Shown here piece by piece: positions 10,192 through 19,770 of a stretch of DNA of 64,000 bases. The notes under the pieces were generated by a model. The model was not told the DNA's origin and did no database searches. It saw only the letters and a program-made list of their open reading frames with translations. Made by a program: the position numbers and the translations under genes. The stretch is from Caldisericia bacterium (GTDB lineage Bacteria; Caldisericota; Caldisericia; JAAYUI01), in NCBI GenBank assembly GCA_963674785.1, contig OY771555.1, positions 352,001-416,000 on the forward strand, in the 5' to 3' direction. Position 1 is the stretch's first letter. Every line of letters begins with the position of its first letter.

Positions 10192-11253
10192 ATGATTAGG
10201 CAGTTGGTTATCAATCCAGGCTCGACGACCACCAAGGTTTCAGTGTTCGATAACGATAAGGAAATTGCAACCGCAACCGTTGAACACAATCCTGATAAAC
10301 TCGCATCTTTTGAAAAAACATCTGATCAAGCCCCATATCGACTTGAGGCTATAAGAGAATTCCTTAAAGAAAATGACATCAACGAAGAGTCATTGACCGG
10401 GATCGTCTCACGTGGAGGAATAACAAAACCGATCGCCGCTGGCACATACGTGATTAGCCCTGAGATGCTAAAGGATTTGGTTGAAGCCAAACGTGCTGAC
10501 CATCCAAGTAACCTCGGTGGGATAATTGCTGACATAGTCTCCAAAGAACGCAATATCCCATGCTTCATTGTTGACCCAGTTTCTGTTGATGAGATAACAG
10601 ATGTTGCAAGAGTTGCCGGACTTCCAGAATGCTCAAGACACTCGATGTCTCACGCACTAAACATCCGTGCAACAAGCAGAAAAGCCTCGGAGCAACTTGG
10701 CATTCCATTTGAAAAAGCAAACTTTGTTACCGTTCACATGGGTGGTGGAATAAGTGTTTGTCCAGTTTCAGGTGGAAGAATCCTTGATGCAAACAATGCA
10801 AACGAGGGTGGTCCGTTCTCTCCAGAACGTTCTGGTTCACTCCCACTTGCAAGCCTCGTGGAGCTTTGCTACACAGGCGATTACACAGAGAAAGACATTA
10901 AAGTGCTAACCACCAAAAAGGGTGGCATTTCGGCATATTTAAATACAAACGATGTTCGTGAAGTACTTGCGATGGTTGATGACGGTAACGAAACCGCAAA
11001 GACAGTTCTTGATTCTATGTTGATTCAAATCGCAGCAGAAATAGGAGCAATGGCGACAACTATTGACGGCAAGATTGATGGTATTGTGCTTACCGGATCA
11101 GTTGCCTACGCACCATATGCAAGAGAAAAAATAGGAAAGCACACGGCTCACATCGTCCCCATCATAAACATGGCGGGACAGATGGAAATGGAGGCTCTAG
11201 CACTTGGTGGACTGCGGGTACACCAAGGCAAAGAGCAGGCAAAGGAGTACTGA
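10192..11253 (+). CDS. buk: Butyrate kinase
   Basis: VINPGSTTTK, HPSNLG, VDPVSVDE, HALN, HMGGGIS and GPFSPERSG motifs. Confidence 0.95.
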   Translation: MIRQLVINPGSTTTKVSVFDNDKEIATATVEHNPDKLASFEKTSDQAPYRLEAIREFLKENDINEESLTGIVSRGGITKPIAAGTYVISPEMLKDLVEAKRADHPSNLGGIIADIVSKERNIPCFIVDPVSVDEITDVARVAGLPECSRHSMSHALNIRATSRKASEQLGIPFEKANFVTVHMGGGISVCPVSGGRILDANNANEGGPFSPERSGSLPLASLVELCYTGDYTEKDIKVLTTKKGGISAYLNTNDVREVLAMVDDGNETAKTVLDSMLIQIAAEIGAMATTIDGKIDGIVLTGSVAYAPYAREKIGKHTAHIVPIINMAGQMEMEALALGGLRVHQGKEQAKEY

Positions 11254-11254
11254 T

Positions 11255-12133
11255 ATGATTAACCTCCAGAGCTTCGAAAAAGTGCCCACAAAAGAGCTTA
11301 ACGAGAGATTCCTGGAGGAAGCACGCGGACTTGAAGAACGCGATCAAGTCAGACTCCATAGAAGACTATTCTCTGATTCTTTAACTGACCTTTGGGATGA
11401 AATGTCCCATGGTATGACAGGTTTTAACGGATATAAAATGCTCAGGCTTTCCCTGCTTTTTGACCCACAAGATAATCTGCCAGATATTGAACAGGCACAC
11501 AAAACACTTGTGGCATTCAAGGCTTGGGATCGCATCGAAAAGGCACTTTCTGAAGCAAGAAAGTATTTATCGGGTCCATTTGTAAAATGGGCACTTCTAA
11601 TCGCAGACAGAACCAGACCAGAGGTTCTCGAAAAATTCAAAGGCACGGTTGGATTCGGAAACATTCCACCATTCATCCTTCTTGGCATCTGGCCAACCAA
11701 ATATTCTCTCGTCCATTTGACAGCAAACGTATCTAGGGAGTATCATCACGTTATGAGATCATCTCTCTTCCCAGTACAGGCTGTCAGATATCCGCTCTCG
11801 AATTCTCTGGTTGCAGAGGGACTTGCGGAATGCTACATCGAGGAAGTATTTGGCGAACAGTTTGTTTCTGATACTGCAAGATCTCTGGACATAGCAGAGG
11901 TCAAAAAGCTTTGGCCAAAGTTCAACAAAAACATCAAACTCAATGGAATCGATCAGCATAGATCATTTATGTATGGCGGATACAGAACAAATCTCCCATA
12001 TTGTGCTGGTTTTTCTGTTGGATATAGGGTGGTGAAGTCATTTTTGGATAATAGTGGGGTCAAATCAAACGAAGCAATAATGCTTCCAGCAAAAAAGATT
12101 TTTGCTGGTTCTGATTTTAAGATAAAGGAGTAG
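11255..12133 (+). CDS. DUF2268-like predicted Zn-dependent protease with a degenerate metal motif
   Basis: 'SREYHHVMR...EGLAE...LPYCAGFSVGYRVVKSFL'; ATG immediately after the buk stop. Confidence 0.7.
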   Translation: MINLQSFEKVPTKELNERFLEEARGLEERDQVRLHRRLFSDSLTDLWDEMSHGMTGFNGYKMLRLSLLFDPQDNLPDIEQAHKTLVAFKAWDRIEKALSEARKYLSGPFVKWALLIADRTRPEVLEKFKGTVGFGNIPPFILLGIWPTKYSLVHLTANVSREYHHVMRSSLFPVQAVRYPLSNSLVAEGLAECYIEEVFGEQFVSDTARSLDIAEVKKLWPKFNKNIKLNGIDQHRSFMYGGYRTNLPYCAGFSVGYRVVKSFLDNSGVKSNEAIMLPAKKIFAGSDFKIKE

Positions 12134-12136
12134 ATA

Positions 12137-13051
12137 GTGATTAAAAATTTTGATGAATTAATTAAAAAAGCACAATCAAAAGTAACAAAAAAATTGGTAG
12201 TGGCTGCAGCAGAGGATGATGTTGTAATTTCGGCTGTAAAAATGGCTTCTGAGCTTGACCTTGTTGAGCCTGTTCTTGTTGGGGACGAGGCAAGAATCAA
12301 GGAAATCTACAAAGAGATGGGGATCAACCCAAGTTGGAAGATCATCAATGAACCAAACAAAGCCAAAGCATCAGCAAAAGCTGTTACTGAGGTTGCAGCA
12401 GGCAACGGCGAAATACTAATGAAAGGTCTTGTTGGTACACCAATTTTACTTAAAGCAGTTCTAAACAAGGAGGCAGGACTTAGAAAAAGCAAAGTTTTAT
12501 CACACGTAGGAGTTATTGGCACAAAAACTTATCCGAAACTCATCATCATGACTGACGGCGGGATGGTTCCAGCACCCGACCTCAATCAAAAGGTTGAGAT
12601 TCTCAAAAATGCTATCAGGGTCGCAAGAGGATTTGAAATAAATCCAGTTAGAGCAGCAATCGTTTCTTCACTTGAAACCGTTTCTGATGCAGTTCCATCA
12701 ACAATAGATGCAGCAGCACTTGCAAAGATGGGCGACAGAAAACAGTTTGGCAAAGATGTGATTGTTGATGGACCACTTGCTCTTGATAACGCAATTTCAA
12801 AACATGCAGCTGAACACAAGGGCATCGTTTCTGAAGTTGCCGGACAACCTGATATCTTGGTCATGCCATCGGTTGAAGCAGGAAACATTTTCTACAAAAC
12901 GCTTGTTTACCTCGGAAACTGCGAAGCAGAAACCGCAGGCGTCGTGCTTGGTGCAAAAGTTCCAGTAATTGTACCATCACGAACAGATACCGCAGAATCT
13001 AAGATGAATGCAATCGCAGCGTCAGTTTTGATTGCAGAAATTACAGATTAA
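12137..13051 (+). CDS. ptb: Phosphate butyryltransferase (PTA/PTB family)
   Basis: LMKGLV, TDGG, VDGPLALDNA, EAGNIFYK and SRTD motifs; same operon as buk. Confidence 0.9.
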   Translation: MIKNFDELIKKAQSKVTKKLVVAAAEDDVVISAVKMASELDLVEPVLVGDEARIKEIYKEMGINPSWKIINEPNKAKASAKAVTEVAAGNGEILMKGLVGTPILLKAVLNKEAGLRKSKVLSHVGVIGTKTYPKLIIMTDGGMVPAPDLNQKVEILKNAIRVARGFEINPVRAAIVSSLETVSDAVPSTIDAAALAKMGDRKQFGKDVIVDGPLALDNAISKHAAEHKGIVSEVAGQPDILVMPSVEAGNIFYKTLVYLGNCEAETAGVVLGAKVPVIVPSRTDTAESKMNAIAASVLIAEITD

Positions 13052-13119
13052 TCGCTTTATTACGTGAGGGGCGATCTATAAATTCCTCACAAATAAACAA
13101 TTAGAAGGAGTGTGTTTGA

Positions 13120-14466
13120 ATGTCAGATTTTGTTAATGGTGTGATGGAAATCATCAAAAGGCGAGATGCCGCAGCTTTTGAATTCCACCAGGCAGTACAG
13201 GAAGTTCTCGAATCAATCGAAGTTCTTTATCAGCGTGAACCAGGTTATGGCAAGTTCAAAATTGTTGAACGCATCATTGAACCAGACCGCGTCATTACCT
13301 TCAGAGTCCCATGGATGAAAGATGATGGGACAATTGAAGTCAACCGTGGAATGAGAGTTGAATTCAATTCATCACTCGGCCCATACAAGGGCGGACTTCG
13401 ACTTCACCCAAGCGTAACCGTTGGAACCCTTAAATTCCTCGGATTTGAACAGATCTTCAAAAACGCTCTTACTACTCTTCTCCTTGGTGGCGGTAAAGGT
13501 GGTTCAGACTTCGATCCAAAAGGAAAGTCAGACATGGAAGTCATGCGCTTCTGTCAGTCTTTCATGAGCGAACTCTACAGGCACATTGGCCCAAACACCG
13601 ATATCCCCGCAGGAGACATCGGTGTTGGTGGAAGAGAAATTGGTTACCTCTTCGGAATGTACAAAAAGATTACAAACAAGTTCGAATGTGTTCTCACCGG
13701 TAAAGGTGCAGAATGGGGTGGATCACTCATCAGACCTGAAGCAACCGGATATGGTGCAACCTATTTCTTGATGGAAATGCTTCAGAGTAAGGGATGCAAT
13801 CTTGAAGGCAAAACAGTTGCAATCAGTGGTTCTGGTAACGTTGCACAGTTTGCAGTTGAAAAGGTTAATGAATTTGGCGGAAAAGTTACCACACTTTCAG
13901 ATTCAAGTGGATACATTGTTGATGACGACGGAATTGACCGCGAAAAACTAGACTTTGTCATGTGGCTCAAGAATGTCAAACGTGGAAGAATTCATGAGTA
14001 TGCTGATAAATTCAAATGTGAATACCACGAAGGCAAACAAGGATTCTGGGGTTCACGTAAATTTGATGTTGCAATGCCATGCGCAACCCAAAACGAACTC
14101 AATGTAGATGATGCAAAAGCACTCTTCAAAAATGGTGTCCAGGCCATCTCAGAAGGTGCGAACATGCCATGTACCCCAGAGGCAGTTGATGTATTCCTCA
14201 ACAACGGTGTTCTTTATGGTCTCGGAAAAGCTGCAAATGCTGGCGGAGTTGCTGTATCAGGGCTTGAAATGTCACAGAACTCACAGTACCTCTATTGGAC
14301 ACGTGAACAGGTTGACAAACATCTCCAGAGGATCATGAAAGACATTCATACTCAGGCATTTGAAACCGCAAAAGAATTTGGACAGAAGTGGAACTATGTG
14401 CTTGGTGCAAACATTGCCGGCTTTAGAAAAGTTGCCGATTCAATGATCGCTCACGGTATTGTCTAA
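13120..14466 (+). CDS. gdhA: NADP-specific glutamate dehydrogenase
   Basis: GPYKGGLRLHPSV, GGGKGGSDFDPKGKS, PAGDIGVGGREIG and GSGNVA motifs. Confidence 0.97.
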   Translation: MSDFVNGVMEIIKRRDAAAFEFHQAVQEVLESIEVLYQREPGYGKFKIVERIIEPDRVITFRVPWMKDDGTIEVNRGMRVEFNSSLGPYKGGLRLHPSVTVGTLKFLGFEQIFKNALTTLLLGGGKGGSDFDPKGKSDMEVMRFCQSFMSELYRHIGPNTDIPAGDIGVGGREIGYLFGMYKKITNKFECVLTGKGAEWGGSLIRPEATGYGATYFLMEMLQSKGCNLEGKTVAISGSGNVAQFAVEKVNEFGGKVTTLSDSSGYIVDDDGIDREKLDFVMWLKNVKRGRIHEYADKFKCEYHEGKQGFWGSRKFDVAMPCATQNELNVDDAKALFKNGVQAISEGANMPCTPEAVDVFLNNGVLYGLGKAANAGGVAVSGLEMSQNSQYLYWTREQVDKHLQRIMKDIHTQAFETAKEFGQKWNYVLGANIAGFRKVADSMIAHGIV

Positions 14467-14493
14467 TTTCAAAATCTAGACTCGATATGAGAC

Positions 14494-14526
14494 AAACAGC
14501 CCCTCGATTTTTCAAGGGGCTGTTTT
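14494..14526 (+). terminator. Rho-independent terminator after gdhA
   Basis: AAACAGCCCCT...AGGGGCTGTTTT hairpin. Confidence 0.8.
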
Positions 14527-14712
14527 ACATTGATGGGAAATCAAAAAAATGTCGACTTGGGATAATGCAGTTTTCATTTGTGTTGTTCTTGTAATCCTTG
14601 TCAGACAATAAACAGGTTGAATAAAAGAAAAAAACAATTTCCAGATAACTGATTTGCCACAATCATTTTTTCCAAGTAAACTAGACTCAAAAGGGATAAG
14701 GGGGTAGTAAAA

Positions 14713-15672
14713 ATGGAGAAAAGATTGAACGACCTCAAGTGGACTCCACAATGGACAAGTATCATTGGGTGTTATCACGGTTGTAGCAAATATCTTTGTT
14801 TTGATATGTCAGTATCGTGGATTTCAGGTGGAAGCGGACATGCCTTCATAATGAATATCGACCCCAAGGGGCTTTGCCCATCTGGCCCAACAGCATTTAA
14901 AAACTGGGTGATCAATGCAAACATTGGAAGGCTTGGGATGATGACAACTCCTGTCGGCTCAACAAAAGATTTCCCAAGATTTCCAGCAAAACAAAAGGAG
15001 GCATGGGAACTCGCAAAAGAATCTCTAAACTACGACGTCCCTGTCATTGCTTGGGAAGTATACGTGCCCGAATTCTATGTTGTAAATGGATACGATGATA
15101 ACGGATACTTTGCAAGCGGTGCACTTGATGAAAAGCTAACCAAATCTGTTCCCTGGGACAAACTTGGAACAACAGATATTGGATGGCTCTGGCTTGCAAG
15201 CGTTAGTAAAGAGGAGCCAAAACCAGATATCGAGATTCTAAAAGGTGTAATCGATTTTACTCTTAAATTTGCAACAACAAGAGATTACCTTCATGATAAT
15301 TATGTTTCAGGGCTTGAGGCGTACGATGGCTGGATAAACGCATTATCATCAAAAGAAGCCGTTTACAATGGAGCTTCATATAACGCTGCTGTCTGGGCAG
15401 AGTGCAGGTACCATGCTGGAAAATTCCTTTCTGAGATGAAGACAAAACTCCCTGGGATGGCTGATCCTGAATTTGACGAATTAATAAAACTATATGGCAA
15501 GATAGCAGAGGATCTCAAGACTGTAAGCGAGATATTCCCATTTGAAATGAAGACAGACAAAATAACAGATGACTCAAAGATAAATAGGGCGATTGATGCT
15601 CTTAAATCTGCAAAAGAAAACGAGAAAAACGCACTGAAAACACTTGTCAAAATTGAGCAGAAATTGATATAA
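14713..15672 (+). CDS. Cytoplasmic hypothetical protein, possibly BtrH-N/papain-like fold
   Basis: 319-aa ORF with SD; 'SGHAF', 'PEFYVVNGYD' and 'GLEAYDGW' motifs; fold call is tentative. Confidence 0.6.
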   Translation: MEKRLNDLKWTPQWTSIIGCYHGCSKYLCFDMSVSWISGGSGHAFIMNIDPKGLCPSGPTAFKNWVINANIGRLGMMTTPVGSTKDFPRFPAKQKEAWELAKESLNYDVPVIAWEVYVPEFYVVNGYDDNGYFASGALDEKLTKSVPWDKLGTTDIGWLWLASVSKEEPKPDIEILKGVIDFTLKFATTRDYLHDNYVSGLEAYDGWINALSSKEAVYNGASYNAAVWAECRYHAGKFLSEMKTKLPGMADPEFDELIKLYGKIAEDLKTVSEIFPFEMKTDKITDDSKINRAIDALKSAKENEKNALKTLVKIEQKLI

Positions 15673-15674
15673 GA

Positions 15675-16622
15675 ATGGAAAAATACGAATTATTGGCGTA
15701 CTGGGAAACCGAGCTCTTATCAGCTCATCGGTGGGGTCGCGGGGAAGTAATCGACATTGATAACTCCGTCATTTACGATGCCTGGAATAAAATTCCCAAA
15801 GTAACAGATGACCTTGAAAACCTTGTTTACCAGATAATCTCTCTTGAAATTTGCAACTGGAGATTGCTTGAATTCATCCCTAGACTTGAAAATGCAATTG
15901 AAAACATGAAAGCCCTACCATATGACATTGGTCATGGTACATCACTAACCGATGATCGAAAAAAGAAAGTTTGGCTTTATTGGCTGTCTCTAAAGGACTG
16001 GATTTCGAGGTTTAATATTCTTCAGTGGGTGGGTAGCAGAGTTTGCTTTGAACCAATAATAAAAATGCTTGACCCAGAAATGGTCACATATAAAAAAATC
16101 CATGACTGGCTTGGTGAAGGAAACAAAAATAAGGAAGAGCTTGTTGAGATTTTGTGTATAAAAATCCTTGAAAAACTTTCTGGTGACTACATGGAAGAGA
16201 GTTTTTGGGAAAATCTTGTTTTCTCTGACAGTCCAGAAAAGCAAGAGCTCAAGCGAATGTGGAGAAGAAATGATCCGGAGTTTGAAACAGCAATCATGAA
16301 GGGTGGACTTGAATTCTGTCACCATAAATTCTTTAGAAGACTCGATATAATAATCTCAAGCATTGGCGTAGAAAAATGGCGAGGTGTTATTCCTCTCGAA
16401 GGTGATCACGGACTGACTCTTAATGAAGAAATAGATAAAGCTCTTGAACCGACAATCACAAAGATCAATGAGAAACTCGATGGGCATTTTAATCCTTTTT
16501 CCGATGGAGAATATGCTTCTGAGAAATTATTTCTGAGATTGCTTTTAGTATCACTAATCGAAAGCCAGCAGGAAAGAGCTGAGGGGATTGTAGAGAGGAA
16601 TATGGGAAGGGGAAATAATTAA
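15675..16622 (+). CDS. Hypothetical protein
   Basis: 315-aa ORF starting 2 nt after the upstream stop. Confidence 0.65.
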   Translation: MEKYELLAYWETELLSAHRWGRGEVIDIDNSVIYDAWNKIPKVTDDLENLVYQIISLEICNWRLLEFIPRLENAIENMKALPYDIGHGTSLTDDRKKKVWLYWLSLKDWISRFNILQWVGSRVCFEPIIKMLDPEMVTYKKIHDWLGEGNKNKEELVEILCIKILEKLSGDYMEESFWENLVFSDSPEKQELKRMWRRNDPEFETAIMKGGLEFCHHKFFRRLDIIISSIGVEKWRGVIPLEGDHGLTLNEEIDKALEPTITKINEKLDGHFNPFSDGEYASEKLFLRLLLVSLIESQQERAEGIVERNMGRGNN

Positions 16623-16628
16623 ATAACC

Positions 16629-19031
16629 ATGGGAAAGAAATTCATAATTTTGATCTTAGCAGTTTTATTTGTAGTTTTAGGGTGTGGTGAAAAAGCTCCG
16701 GACTCAGACACATCGGAATTGTTTCTCCTTGATGAATCAGGGAGCTTCAGTGTCTGGTGGGACGGAACACCTGGAGCAAAGGGAATCCAATATAATATTT
16801 CATCAGATGTTGAAGTAATTGAAATGTTCTTTTTGGTGAAAAACAATTCTGACAAAAAGATCAATCTTGAGCTTTCCTGTAAAAACATTGAAGAAGTGGA
16901 GTTTGAAGAAACTAAATTAAATCTCAAACCAGAGCAAATGAAAAAGCTTTATGTTTCTTTCCCCGTTAGCAGCTTGCTCACTGAAAAGCTCATATTAGGG
17001 CAAGAAGGACCTGAAATAAGCATCCAGGATAAATTATCAGAGGAAGAAATAATTCTTAGATCATGTATCCAAAAAAATGATCCTGACTTGTTGGTGGAAT
17101 GGGAGAAAACTGAACCATTGATTGATCTTGATTATTCAGAGATTATTAAAAACCACGTAAAGATAACAAACATATCGGAGATTACAAAGGAAATCTATAT
17201 GTATAGTCCACAAAAACTCAGTGGTGATTATACACAGGACAAGACTTATATAACCCTTGAACCAGGCGAGGATATCACCCATGAATACGATGTTTATTAT
17301 GTGAAATATATTCACAAAGGAAATAAAGATTCATTTGATAGTCACACCCTTATTTTGGAGTCAGATGGATACTTCTTTTCAAATCAAATTTTCACCAGAC
17401 TTTCAGATTGTCAGGATTGGGAATTCAAATGGTTAGATTCACCCGACATAGATGCTCTTAAAATGGATATTACTGACTTTGAATCATTTAGTCTGGATAT
17501 TGAAATCATCAATCCCTGTGACAGAGAAAGAGTTTTTAAGCCTGAGAAACAATATGTCAGATCAATACTTGCAAGATTTGAAAATGAAGAGTATAAGATC
17601 CCTGCAAATTCAAGTGTAAAGACAAAGCTCAATATTTCTATTGCGGGGTCAGACATACAAATAAACAAAAAATCTGTTATTGAGTTTAATTTCCTGAAAG
17701 AATATGGTCACAGAAACAGGCAAGACTTTTCATTAACACTAGACTACAGACCAAAACTCATTGGAAAACCAGAGCATGCCACAAATTTTATACTTCCTGA
17801 AAATAAATATTGGTGGTCGAAAACACATTACAAAGTGATAGATAACATTATTTTGCTATCTGGCTTTAGTAGAGTAGTAGGAATCTATCCTCCATCACAA
17901 AAAAACTTGGACTCTCAAATAAGTTGTTTTGACCTCAATTCTGGAAGTCTTTTATGGACATTTTCAGACGATACGATCAAAAATGCTCTATGGTATGAGG
18001 TGTTTGGAGAATCACTGTATCTTCTTGGCTCAGTTGGAGGAAGTTATAATGATACACAACAAAAGCTTTACTCAATTGACATGAGTTCAGGACAGGTCAA
18101 TTTCGAAACAGAAACATTTCCAATTGCCAAAAGAATTGCTATGCATGATAAAAAAACTTTGATTTTTGAAAACTTTGATTATTGGGATGGGAAACATAGT
18201 TTTTTCAAAGTAAACATGGAAACAGGTGAGTTAGAATCAGGTAAAGTTGAACCTAAAGAGCTTCAAACCCCTACTGGTGCTTTCAACTACAAGATAAACA
18301 ACTTTGATAAAAAAACATCGATAGTTAAATCAGATGGCACAGGCTCAACTATTTGGGAAACACCACTAGATCATGATTTTGGATTTATAATTGATTATTC
18401 TTTGAAAGCAACTTCACATAAAAACTCATATTGGTTTTACCAAGTTGAAATTTCTGATGATGAGCTGAGGTCTTACGAGGGAAGCTTTTCAAAACTAGAT
18501 GACTCTGAGAAAATATATTACCTTTTCGTTGATAACGACCCAAATGAGTATTGCTGTGAAAGCAATGGCATTAGTTTTGATGGGATAGGATGCATTAATA
18601 AGGAGAACGGGGAGATACTTTGGGAAACAGAGGTATCCTTACATTGGTCCAGCTTTGATGGAATAGTAGGTTGTCCGTCAGTTTCATTTTTCGGCAATTG
18701 TTTTGTGATTTCTCATAAAAAGTATTCTAGAAAAGATGGTAAAATGATTGGGCAACTTGATGAGGCTAGTAAAGAAGAAAATTATCCAAATGAATGGAAA
18801 TCATTCCGTGAACACTCAGGATATGACGGAATAAAAATCGAAAAGACAAACATCTTTTTGGATGATAATAATATTCAAACATACGTCAGATACTGCAAAG
18901 GGGAAGATGAACCATTTTTCAGCACTATTTTCACAAGTTCAGATAACAACAGAAATATCTATTTAAAAGAAAAAGATTTGCTAGTCATCTTTACAAATGA
19001 TAAAACTTTGTTTGTAGAAGTTCCAAAATAA
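16629..19031 (+). CDS. Lipoprotein with Ig-like domains and a divergent PQQ-like propeller
   Basis: Lipobox VLGC; 'CFDLNSGSLLW' and 'CINKENGEILWE' blades; paralog of 29768..31693. Confidence 0.75.
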   Translation: MGKKFIILILAVLFVVLGCGEKAPDSDTSELFLLDESGSFSVWWDGTPGAKGIQYNISSDVEVIEMFFLVKNNSDKKINLELSCKNIEEVEFEETKLNLKPEQMKKLYVSFPVSSLLTEKLILGQEGPEISIQDKLSEEEIILRSCIQKNDPDLLVEWEKTEPLIDLDYSEIIKNHVKITNISEITKEIYMYSPQKLSGDYTQDKTYITLEPGEDITHEYDVYYVKYIHKGNKDSFDSHTLILESDGYFFSNQIFTRLSDCQDWEFKWLDSPDIDALKMDITDFESFSLDIEIINPCDRERVFKPEKQYVRSILARFENEEYKIPANSSVKTKLNISIAGSDIQINKKSVIEFNFLKEYGHRNRQDFSLTLDYRPKLIGKPEHATNFILPENKYWWSKTHYKVIDNIILLSGFSRVVGIYPPSQKNLDSQISCFDLNSGSLLWTFSDDTIKNALWYEVFGESLYLLGSVGGSYNDTQQKLYSIDMSSGQVNFETETFPIAKRIAMHDKKTLIFENFDYWDGKHSFFKVNMETGELESGKVEPKELQTPTGAFNYKINNFDKKTSIVKSDGTGSTIWETPLDHDFGFIIDYSLKATSHKNSYWFYQVEISDDELRSYEGSFSKLDDSEKIYYLFVDNDPNEYCCESNGISFDGIGCINKENGEILWETEVSLHWSSFDGIVGCPSVSFFGNCFVISHKKYSRKDGKMIGQLDEASKEENYPNEWKSFREHSGYDGIKIEKTNIFLDDNNIQTYVRYCKGEDEPFFSTIFTSSDNNRNIYLKEKDLLVIFTNDKTLFVEVPK

Positions 19032-19043
19032 GGAGAAAATGAA

Positions 19044-19721
19044 ATGATTCTTGATGAAACAAGCCTGGCGGGGACAATTGAAAACTTGAATGATTCATTT
19101 TTTTATAGCCGCAAAATCTCTGAAAAACAGAAGAAGGAAGTTGCGGACTGGCTGACAGGCAGGCATGGACTAAAGGGTTCATATCACGGTATGTTTGCAC
19201 CCACTGAAAAAGATTTTGGTTCTGATGTTTCCTTGTATACCGGCGACAAACTCACAACGGGTGCCAGCAAATCACACATCCTTGGGGAAGAGGTGATAAG
19301 AGCGCTCATAAAGATGAATATCATTAATTCTGCTCTTGCAAAATCCCAGGAAATCATGAACTGCATCATCTCATCTTCTGAGGAAAGAACAGGCAAATCT
19401 GATCTAGGATATTTCTGTTGTGGGTCGTGTTCTGCTGCGTACTACCGAACACTTGCCGTAGGTGGACTTGAAAAATCTGAGGAGAGACTCGCTAGTGCCA
19501 TGGAAACCCTGGAAAGACATCGAACAGGTACAGGCAGATGGAAAAACTATCCATTTTTCTACACTGTTTTGGCACTCACTGAGATTGACCTGGAGCTCTC
19601 CAGAGCTGAGCTTGAGTACGCTGCGGTTTCCCTTGAAAGAACCCTTAAGAAAAAGAAACTTGAGGGGAAATTTGAAAAAAGAAGGAGGGACATTGCAGAA
19701 AGAGCACTATCACTATTGTAA
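19044..19721 (+). CDS. Hypothetical protein with a CCGxC motif
   Basis: AGGAG SD; 'GYFCCGSCS' and 'GRWKNYPFFYTVLAL'. Confidence 0.7.
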   Translation: MILDETSLAGTIENLNDSFFYSRKISEKQKKEVADWLTGRHGLKGSYHGMFAPTEKDFGSDVSLYTGDKLTTGASKSHILGEEVIRALIKMNIINSALAKSQEIMNCIISSSEERTGKSDLGYFCCGSCSAAYYRTLAVGGLEKSEERLASAMETLERHRTGTGRWKNYPFFYTVLALTEIDLELSRAELEYAAVSLERTLKKKKLEGKFEKRRRDIAERALSLL

Positions 19722-19770
19722 CTTCTGTTAACAACAATATGGAACAAATCTAAAAGATTGGAAACGTTAA

